Source: an uncultured Acidobacteriota bacterium (lineage in GTDB: Bacteria; Acidobacteriota; Vicinamibacteria; Vicinamibacterales; 2-12-FULL-66-21). From it: a DNA stretch of 64,000 nucleotides. The position numbers and the translations under genes were made by a program. Positions 10,264-17,511 of this stretch are shown in pieces. Each line of letters begins with the position of its first letter. Positions within the stretch are counted from its first letter, which is position 1. The stretch spans positions 133,648 through 197,647 of the forward strand of contig CAWIAX010000003.1 in assembly GCA_963834305.1 (NCBI GenBank), read 5' to 3'. The notes below the pieces were generated by a model. That model worked only from the letters and a program-made list of their open reading frames with translations. It did no database searches and was not told the DNA's origin.

Positions 10264-12900
10264 TCACTGGACGAGCTTCATCCGCGCCTGGAGCGCACGG
10301 AAGCGTGGCTCGGTGCGGATGGCGTCGTACAAGGGGGATACATTCAAGTACATGAGCTCGCGGTCGCGTTCGGCCTCCGCCGCTTCCAGCGCCTCGAGGG
10401 CGTCGCCGGCCCGCCGCTGGACGGCGTAGATGCGCGCCGCGAAGGAGGGAGAGGCGACGTCCCGCGCCCACGCGGTTTCGAGCCGTTGCAGGGGCGCGCG
10501 CGCCGATTCGAAGTTCCCCTGGTAGCTCCAGGCAAGCGCCGCCACCAGATCGGCATATCGATCTTCGGCCGGCTTGCCGATCTGCCGGAGGACGTCGGAC
10601 TGCTGGAGCGCCTTCCGGAGGTACTCCTCCCGGCTGGCGGGGACCGTGGCGGAGAGCTGGGCGTAGACCTGCCCCAGGATCAGGTGGGCGTGGACGTGGT
10701 CTTTGCGGGCGAGCAGGCCTTCGAGATGAGCCGCCGCCTCGAGCGGGCGCCGGGCGTAGAACAGCGCCAGCCCGTAGGCCGACAGGCTGGGGAAATCGTA
10801 GGGATCGAGCTCGAGCGAGCGCTGGGACAGCCGCAGGCTCTCGTCGAAGCGGCCAAACTGCAGCAGCATCCCGCCGAACCAGCGGTGCGCGCGCGCGAAC
10901 GTCGGGTGCAGCTCGAGGGCGCGGCGATACGCGGTCTCCGCCTCGACCCAGCGCGATTGCATCTGCCGCACGGCGGCCAGCGACAGCTGCGCCTCCGGCA
11001 GGTTCGGATCGATGGCCACCGCCTCGCTCGCGTAGCGGTCGGCATCGCTGAGCAGCTGACCGTGCGGCGCCTGGTGCAGATCCATGAGCACGGCCTGCAC
11101 GTCGGCCAGGCCGGTGTACGGGGCGGCGAACTGCGGATCGATCTCGACCGCGCGACGGTAAAGCTTGATCGCGGTCATCGCGGATTCCAGGGTGCGATCC
11201 TCGGCGATGTAGCGCCCGCGCAGGTAGTTGTCGTAGGCTTCCGGCTCGGACGTGCCGGCGGCTGGCAGGGGTGGGCGGCTCTTCCCGAATGGCAAGTCCC
11301 CGGTGGTCAGCGACGCCAGGCTGCGGAGCGGGCCGGCGGCGCGCTTCGATGCCTCCCGCTTCAGCGCGGTCAGCGTCTCCTCTGCGAGCTTCTCCTGCAG
11401 ATCCAGGCCGCGCGCCCGCGATCCCTCGAAGTTCTCCGACCAGAGCAGCGTGCCCCTGGCGGTGTCGGTGAGCTGCACCGTGATGCGGAGCGTGGTGCCC
11501 TCCTGCTGCAGGTGGCCCCCCAGCGAAAACGTCGCCCGCATCGACGGCGCGACCGGCGCATCGCGTTCGCGCGCGGTATAGACGTTCCAGCCCGGGACGC
11601 GGTTGAGGCGGCGGCCGAGCTCACCGACGGTGCCGGCCGTCAGATACTGGTTGCCGGTGTCGCCTGAGAGGTTGGTGAACGGCAGGATCACGACCGAGGT
11701 GGGCACCGCCGCCGGGGCGCTGATCGAAACGGCGCCGGTCAGCGCCAGGACACCCGCGGCGGCATAGCCGGCCAGCCGGAGACGGCGCCCGGGCCGCGCG
11801 GGCCGGTGCCATGGCGGCAGCCACCGCAGCGGCCCCCGCTCGCCCGACAGCGACGCCATCACCGCCGCCGCACTCGCGAACCGGCTGCCGGGGTCGGGCG
11901 CCAGACACCGGAGGATGGTGGTCTCCCACGCCCGCGGCAGCGCGTCGGCGCGCTGCGAGGGTGGTGTCGGCCCGTTCCCGAGCTTGTCGAGCAGCAGGCC
12001 GTGGAGCGAGCTCGCGGCAAACGCCCGCGTCTTGGTGACCATCTCGTCGATCAGCAGGCCGAGGGCGTAGATGTCCGAGGCCACGCTCGGCCTGCCGTCG
12101 CGGAAGAGCTCCGGCGCCATGAAGAACGGGGCGCCGCCGTGCGCCGTACCCTGGGTCTCGAAAATCCCTTCCTCGAGCGGCTTCGCCAGGCCGAAGTCGG
12201 TCAACACCGCGCGCGGGCCGTGCTCCGACGGCACCAGCATCACGTTCGACGGCTTGAGGTCGCGGTGCACGACGCCGGCGTCGTGCAGCACCTGGAGCGC
12301 CTCGGCAATCTGGCGCACCAGCGGCAGCGCCTCGCCAGTAGCCATCGGCCGCCGCACGGCCAGCCGTTCCTCGAGGCTCTCCCCTTCCAGCATCTGCATC
12401 GTCAGGCACGGCACGACCGTGCCCTCGGGAAAGCCGGAGCCGCTCGGCAGCGGGTGCTCGACCAGGTCGAAGACGCGGCACAGGCCCTCGTGCGCGATGT
12501 TGCGGGTGACCGACACCTCGCGCCGGAAGCGCTCGACGGTGCCGACGTCTCCCAGGAGCTCGGGACGGATGGCCTTGAGCGCGACGTGCAGGCGGAGGCG
12601 CTCGTCGTAGACGCGGTAGACCTCGCCCATCGCGCCCCGCGCAATCGGCTTGACGACGCGGAAGCGGCCGGCCACGGTGTCGTTCGGCTGGAAGAGCCAC
12701 GCGGCGCGGACAATGATGGTATTCGGCTCGAGGAAGGTGCCGGAGGCTTCGTAGTGCGCGCGCAGCAGCTCGTCGACGGCGGTGCGGATCTCGTCGCGGC
12801 CGGCGCAGGCGCGTTCCAGGTGCTCGTCCCGGGCGGCGGCCGGGACGTTGAGCACGGCGGAGAAGATCTGCTTAATGGTCTCCCAGTCGTTGGGTGACAT
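10264..12900 (-). CDS. Ser/Thr protein kinase with TM segment, periplasmic/TolB-like linker domain and C-terminal TPR array
   Basis: It has an N-terminal Hanks kinase domain (GAMGEVY, VALKAI, HRDLKPSNVML, DFGLAK, APE). One TM helix follows (LAGYAAAGVLALTGAVSI), then a long TPR region. Confidence 0.9.
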   Translation of the reverse strand: MSPNDWETIKQIFSAVLNVPAAARDEHLERACAGRDEIRTAVDELLRAHYEASGTFLEPNTIIVRAAWLFQPNDTVAGRFRVVKPIARGAMGEVYRVYDERLRLHVALKAIRPELLGDVGTVERFRREVSVTRNIAHEGLCRVFDLVEHPLPSGSGFPEGTVVPCLTMQMLEGESLEERLAVRRPMATGEALPLVRQIAEALQVLHDAGVVHRDLKPSNVMLVPSEHGPRAVLTDFGLAKPLEEGIFETQGTAHGGAPFFMAPELFRDGRPSVASDIYALGLLIDEMVTKTRAFAASSLHGLLLDKLGNGPTPPSQRADALPRAWETTILRCLAPDPGSRFASAAAVMASLSGERGPLRWLPPWHRPARPGRRLRLAGYAAAGVLALTGAVSISAPAAVPTSVVILPFTNLSGDTGNQYLTAGTVGELGRRLNRVPGWNVYTARERDAPVAPSMRATFSLGGHLQQEGTTLRITVQLTDTARGTLLWSENFEGSRARGLDLQEKLAEETLTALKREASKRAAGPLRSLASLTTGDLPFGKSRPPLPAAGTSEPEAYDNYLRGRYIAEDRTLESAMTAIKLYRRAVEIDPQFAAPYTGLADVQAVLMDLHQAPHGQLLSDADRYASEAVAIDPNLPEAQLSLAAVRQMQSRWVEAETAYRRALELHPTFARAHRWFGGMLLQFGRFDESLRLSQRSLELDPYDFPSLSAYGLALFYARRPLEAAAHLEGLLARKDHVHAHLILGQVYAQLSATVPASREEYLRKALQQSDVLRQIGKPAEDRYADLVAALAWSYQGNFESARAPLQRLETAWARDVASPSFAARIYAVQRRAGDALEALEAAEAERDRELMYLNVSPLYDAIRTEPRFRALQARMKLVQ

Positions 12901-13498
12901 CGGAGTCGTGCCGTTGGAGCCGGCTGTAGAGCCACGCCCTGGCGATCTGCCAGTCCCGCTTGACCGTGCGTTCGTGAATGTCGAGCGCCGCCGCGATTTC
13001 CTGGTTCGTCAGGCCGCCGAAGAACCGCAGCTCGACGATCTGGGCCATGCGCGGATCGGAGGCGGCCAGCCGCGACAACAGCTCGTCGATCTCGAGGATG
13101 TCGACGAAGTGGGCGTCCTGCGAGGGGTCGGCGTTTTCGATGTCGACCCGCACGCGGTGGCCGCCGCGCTTCTCCGCCGAGCGCGCGCGCGCGTAATCGA
13201 CCAGCAGCCGCCGCATGGCCACCGACGCCACCATGAGGAACTGCGAGCGCGTGCGGGTGGTGAAGTTCGGGCTCCTGGCGATGTGCACGAAGAACTCGCT
13301 GACGAGCGCCGTCGCCTGGAGCGTGTGATCCTGACGCTCGCGGCGCATGTGCGCCTCGGCAATGCGCTTGAGCTCCGGGTACAGGATCGTGATGACCTGG
13401 TCCCTCGTCGCCTCGCTCGTTTCGGCCGCGCGAAGCAGCTCCGGCAGGTCCGCCCACAGATCCTCGGCCGTGCGGGCGCCGGAATCGTTGCTGGTCAT
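12872..13498 (-). CDS. ECF sigma factor, TIGR02999/ECF43-like
   Basis: The start is at the ATG at 13498 (MTSNDSG...). The motifs LYPELKRIAEAHMRRERQDHTLQATALVSEFF and the region 4 segment LRFFGGLTNQEIAAALDIHERTVKRDW are present. The 3' end overlaps the kinase start by 29 nt. Confidence 0.85.
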   Translation of the reverse strand: MTSNDSGARTAEDLWADLPELLRAAETSEATRDQVITILYPELKRIAEAHMRRERQDHTLQATALVSEFFVHIARSPNFTTRTRSQFLMVASVAMRRLLVDYARARSAEKRGGHRVRVDIENADPSQDAHFVDILEIDELLSRLAASDPRMAQIVELRFFGGLTNQEIAAALDIHERTVKRDWQIARAWLYSRLQRHDSDVTQRLGDH

Positions 13499-13516
13499 GA
13501 TGTTTAGAGGCTGCGA

Positions 13517-13536
13517 ATCATAAGCGATACATCGCT
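13517..13536 (-). promoter_or_regulatory. Inverted repeat AGCGAT-GT-ATCGCT abutting a TATGAT -10-like hexamer upstream of the ECF sigma gene
   Basis: The minus strand reads ccccAGCGATGTATCGCTTATGATtcgcagcctctaaacatcATG. The 6-bp arms run directly into the -10-like box. Confidence 0.35.
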
Positions 13537-13611
13537 GGGGCCGCAAGGACGGACCGCGTGCACGTCCAGCCCAGCCGGCCAGTAAATGCTGGGGAAACGA
13601 GCGCATGGGCA

Positions 13612-14667
13612 TCAGGGACACCTCCCCCCGGCGGCGTTCCGGCAAGCAGCCCCGAAGTAAGCGCCGTCACGAGACGCCCCGTCCAGCCGGGCGGTATCCA
13701 GATGAGCCGCCGCCTCGGGACGTCCGGCCCCCGGCTGGAGCGGGCCGCTTCGACCCTCTGTCAGCTCCAGCCGCCCCAGCCAGCCCTCGACCTCGGCACC
13801 GGCAATCCCCTGTGCCTCGAGGGCGGCCCTGAGCCGGCGGAGCAGCGCCGCGAAGCGCCGGTACACGGTCTTGTGCTCGAGTCCCCGCCGGTCGGCAATC
13901 TGTGCCAGGCGCAGCCCGTGGACGAACCGCTCCTCCAGCATGAGGCGCTCCTCCACCGTCAATCGGCCGACCGCCTGCCGGAGCGCCCGGTGCGTCCGCG
14001 CCGCGTGCCGCCTGTCTGGCGCGGCGTCAGGCGTGACCCCCACCGTGGCGATGTCGCTCAGTTCGGCCTCGGCAACCGTCCGGCGGCGGGGCTTGGCCGG
14101 CAGCAGGGTGAACAGCCGCCACAGCTCCGCGCTGCTGCAGGGCTGCTGGTGATTCGTGCGAAGCGTCTCCACCGCCTCCCCGAACGACAGCCCGTCGCGA
14201 GACGTCAGCATCTCGAGCCGGACGGCAATCGGCCCCAGGCGCCGCGCCTCGGTCGAGGGGCGCCATTTGCCCCACTTGGCGATGCGGTAGTCGAGCAGCA
14301 TGCGCTCGACCACGACCCGCAGGAAGGTACGCAGGCTGCTCCGCCCCTCGAACTTTCGCAGGACCGAGCAGTCGTCTTCGAGCAGGCGGAGGAACACCGT
14401 GGCCGCGAAGTCCTCCGCCTCCTGCTGCAGCACCCGCCGCCGGCGGACGACCGCCGTAATCGCTTCTTGGATGAGCGCGTGGTTCGCGGCAAAGACACCG
14501 TTCGCGCCGGGAACCGGCTGTGGGCCTGGCACAGCGGCACCCGCCTGCGCCAGCGCCCGGCGCAGCGTGCTGCCTGGCCGGGCCCGAACGGGCGGGTCCT
14601 GCCTCAGCAGGGGAGGCAACAGGTTGACGCCGGCCGCTGCAGCGGCCGGGAATGGAACGATCGACAT
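13612..14667 (-). CDS. Sigma-70 family (ECF-like) sigma factor with N- and C-terminal extensions
   Basis: There is a region 2-like segment (EAEDFAATVFLRLLEDD...LRTFLRVVVERMLLDYRI) and a region 4-like segment (LTVEERLMLEERFVHGLRLAQIADRRGLEHKTVYRR). I chose the start at MSIVPFP (14667); the ORF is open to 14730. Confidence 0.65.
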   Translation of the reverse strand: MSIVPFPAAAAAGVNLLPPLLRQDPPVRARPGSTLRRALAQAGAAVPGPQPVPGANGVFAANHALIQEAITAVVRRRRVLQQEAEDFAATVFLRLLEDDCSVLRKFEGRSSLRTFLRVVVERMLLDYRIAKWGKWRPSTEARRLGPIAVRLEMLTSRDGLSFGEAVETLRTNHQQPCSSAELWRLFTLLPAKPRRRTVAEAELSDIATVGVTPDAAPDRRHAARTHRALRQAVGRLTVEERLMLEERFVHGLRLAQIADRRGLEHKTVYRRFAALLRRLRAALEAQGIAGAEVEGWLGRLELTEGRSGPLQPGAGRPEAAAHLDTARLDGASRDGAYFGAACRNAAGGRCP

Positions 14668-14860
14668 GGGCAAGCCTCTCGGGACAGGTGAGCCGGCCGG
14701 GCACGGAGTCCGGCGCGCCGTTACTCTCAATGGCGGAAGAAGCGGGCGGAAAGGGACAGGGGAGAGTGGTTCGATGCTACAGTTCCGTCGGCCGCGCCCT
14801 CTGCCCCCTGCCGCACCCGTTGGTTGCGCTCTGGTTCAGGCGCGCCACTCCACAGGGAGA

Positions 14861-16351
14861 ATGCCGATGCGGATTCCGCTTGCCTGCGTCCTCGTCCTGG
14901 CGCTCCTGCCCGCGGGCCACGCGCCGGAGTACGACGAGCCGCTGCGGCCGCGCTTTCATTTCACGCCCGCCCGCAACTTCATGAACGACCCGAACGGGCT
15001 GGTCTTCTACAAGGGGGAATACCACCTCTTCTACCAGCACAATCCTTTCGGCGAGAAGTGGGGGCATATGAGCTGGGGGCACGCGGTCAGCACCGACCTG
15101 CTCCACTGGCAGCATCTTCCCGTCGCCCTGCGCGAAGAGGACGGCGTCATGATCTTCTCCGGCAGCGCCGTCGTCGATCGGCAGAACTCGAGCGGGCTGT
15201 GCACGCCTGCGGGCGAGGATCGCTCCTGCCTGGTGGCCATCTATACCGGACATGGACGCGGGAAGCAGACGCAGAACATCGCTTCGAGCCAGGACCGTGG
15301 CCGGACGTGGAAGAAGTACGCGGGCAATCCGGTCATCGATCTCGGGCTCAAGGATTTCCGGGACCCGAAGGTCTTCTGGCACGAGCCGACGGGCCGCTGG
15401 ATCATGGTCACGGTGCTGCCTGACCAGCACAAGGTGCGGTTCTTCGGGTCGCGCGATTTGAAGCAGTGGGACGCCCTGAGCGACTTCGGGCCGGCCGGCG
15501 CGACCGGCGGTGTGTGGGAATGCCCCGACCTGTTCGAGCTGCCGGTCGGGAACGATCCAGCGACGACACGCTGGGTGCTCGACGTGGACCTGAACCCGGG
15601 CGGCGTGGCGGGCGGCTCAGGGAACCAGTACTTCATCGGCACGTTCGACGGGACGCGGTTCGTGAACGACAACCCTCCAGGGCGGACGCTGTGGGCGGAC
15701 TACGGCAAGGATTTCTACGCGACCATCTCGTTCGCTGACGTGCCGCCGGCGGATGGACGGCGCATCTGGATGGCGTGGACCAGCAACTGGCAATACGCGA
15801 ACGAGGAGCCGACTGCCGGCTGGCGCGGAGCGCAGTCGATACCGCGCACGCTGGCGCTTCGGCAGACCCGCGAGGGGCCGCGGCTGGTGCAGGCACCGGT
15901 TGCCGAGCTCGAGACGCTGCGCGCGCAGCCGGACATCGTCAAGGACGCCGCCCGCCTGCCGCCCTCCGCCGACATCGTCCTGGAGCTGACGCCGGGCGAC
16001 TGGGCCGAAGCCGGCGTCCGTCTGTTCAACGCCGCCGGCGAGCAGGTAACCGTCGGCGTTTCTGCCAGGCCGCTCGAGCTGTTCGTCGATCGGCGTCAGT
16101 CGCGGCGCACGCCGTTTCACGCTGCTTACCCCGGCCGTCACGCCGCGCCGCTCGAGTGGCGCGACGGCAAGATCACCGTACGCCTCCTGTTCGATCGATC
16201 GGTCGTTGAAGTGTTCGGCAACGATGGCGAGGTCGTGGTCACGGATCGGGTGTATCCCACACAGCCACTCGATCGGCTGGAGCTGCTGGCCGCAGGCCGC
16301 GGAGTGTCCGCGGCGCGCCTGTGGGAGATCCGGTCCGTCTGGACGCGCTAA
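14861..16351 (+). CDS. Glycoside hydrolase family 32 (beta-fructosidase/levanase-like), secreted
   Basis: The ATG at 14861 follows AGGGAGA. The product has a signal peptide, then RPRFHFTPARNFMNDPNGLVFYKGEYHLFYQHNP (the WMNDPNG-type motif), an RDP motif (FRDPKVFW) and ECPDLF. Confidence 0.9.
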   Translation: MPMRIPLACVLVLALLPAGHAPEYDEPLRPRFHFTPARNFMNDPNGLVFYKGEYHLFYQHNPFGEKWGHMSWGHAVSTDLLHWQHLPVALREEDGVMIFSGSAVVDRQNSSGLCTPAGEDRSCLVAIYTGHGRGKQTQNIASSQDRGRTWKKYAGNPVIDLGLKDFRDPKVFWHEPTGRWIMVTVLPDQHKVRFFGSRDLKQWDALSDFGPAGATGGVWECPDLFELPVGNDPATTRWVLDVDLNPGGVAGGSGNQYFIGTFDGTRFVNDNPPGRTLWADYGKDFYATISFADVPPADGRRIWMAWTSNWQYANEEPTAGWRGAQSIPRTLALRQTREGPRLVQAPVAELETLRAQPDIVKDAARLPPSADIVLELTPGDWAEAGVRLFNAAGEQVTVGVSARPLELFVDRRQSRRTPFHAAYPGRHAAPLEWRDGKITVRLLFDRSVVEVFGNDGEVVVTDRVYPTQPLDRLELLAAGRGVSAARLWEIRSVWTR

Positions 16352-16372
16352 GGCCTGCTGCAAGGAGGACGG

Positions 16373-17395
16373 ATGAGCCCGACCGACGACTACCCCGGAC
16401 CGTTCGGCCCGGTTTCGCGCCGCGCCGCGATTGGCTCCACGCTGCTGGCCGGCGCGGCCTTTCTGGCGCCTGGCGGTCTTGCCGCACAGCAGCCGCCGGC
16501 GCCCGCGGCATCGCCGCGGCGGAAGCCGTACGCGATGAAGAAGTCGATCAACCTGTGGGCCTTTCCCTACCCGCAGCGGATGACCCTCGTCCAGTGCCTG
16601 CGAGCTGGCAAAGGACGCCGGCTTCGACGGCATCGAGCTGAACTACGACCTGGAGTCGCGACCTCTCCCCCAAGGCGGGCACCCGGGAGTTCCAGGACAT
16701 CCGCCGCGCCGCGGACAGAGATCGGCATCGCCATCAGCGGGCTCTGCTCGTTCCTGTTCTGGCCCTATCCCCTTACGAGCAACGACGAGGCCAGGCGGCG
16801 CCGCGCGCTCGAGCTCGCCACGCGGATGGCCCACGCCGCGCACGACCTCGGGACCGACAACCTGCTCGTCGTCCCCGGCGCCGTGCACATCCCCTGGCGC
16901 GACGACCATGAGCCGGTCCGCAACGACGTCTGCGACCGCCGGGCGCGCGAGGCAGTCGCCACCCTGCTGAAGACCGCCGAGACGGTCAAGGTGCACCTGA
17001 ACATCGAGAACATCTTCTTCAACGGCTACCTGATGACGCCGATGGAGATGAATGCCTTCGTCGACGGCTTCTCGAGCCCGTACGTGCGCGTGCATTTCGA
17101 CACCGGCAACATCATGCTGTTCCAGCACCCGGAGCACTGGGTCCAGATTCTCGGCACGCGCATCGGCAATATCCACTTCAAAGAATTCACCAAGAAGGGC
17201 ACCGACCATTCGCTCGAGTCGTTCCGGCCGCTGCTCGACGGCACCACGAACTGGCCGGCCGTCATGGCGGCGCTGGATGAGACGGGCTACACCGGCTACT
17301 GCACGTTCGAGTACTTCCATCCGTACGCGCACTATCCGGAGGCGCTGATCTACCAGACGTCGGATTCGCTCGACCGCATACTCGGCCGGAAATAG
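16373..17395 (+). CDS. Sugar phosphate isomerase/epimerase (xylose-isomerase-like TIM barrel), Tat signal; internal ~120-nt out-of-frame stretch
   Basis: The product has a Tat-like N-terminus, and the C-terminal two thirds are typical of the AP_endonuc_2 TIM-barrel family. Residues encoded by about 16601-16720 read as Arg/Pro-rich nonsense. The alternative frames there give LAKDAGFDGIELNYDLES and DLSPKAGTREFQDIRRAAD, so there are three apparent +1 insertions that restore frame. Confidence 0.75.
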   Translation: MSPTDDYPGPFGPVSRRAAIGSTLLAGAAFLAPGGLAAQQPPAPAASPRRKPYAMKKSINLWAFPYPQRMTLVQCLRAGKGRRLRRHRAELRPGVATSPPRRAPGSSRTSAAPRTEIGIAISGLCSFLFWPYPLTSNDEARRRRALELATRMAHAAHDLGTDNLLVVPGAVHIPWRDDHEPVRNDVCDRRAREAVATLLKTAETVKVHLNIENIFFNGYLMTPMEMNAFVDGFSSPYVRVHFDTGNIMLFQHPEHWVQILGTRIGNIHFKEFTKKGTDHSLESFRPLLDGTTNWPAVMAALDETGYTGYCTFEYFHPYAHYPEALIYQTSDSLDRILGRK

Positions 17396-17511
17396 CCGCC
17401 GGAGTGCGCTGGCGCCCACCGGTTGCCGCAAACCGAACGGGCGGTCCGTCAAGTAAGGCATCGGTCCGCCGAAACGCGCCCGCGTAGCGCCGCATCCGAC
17501 CTCGAGGTTCT

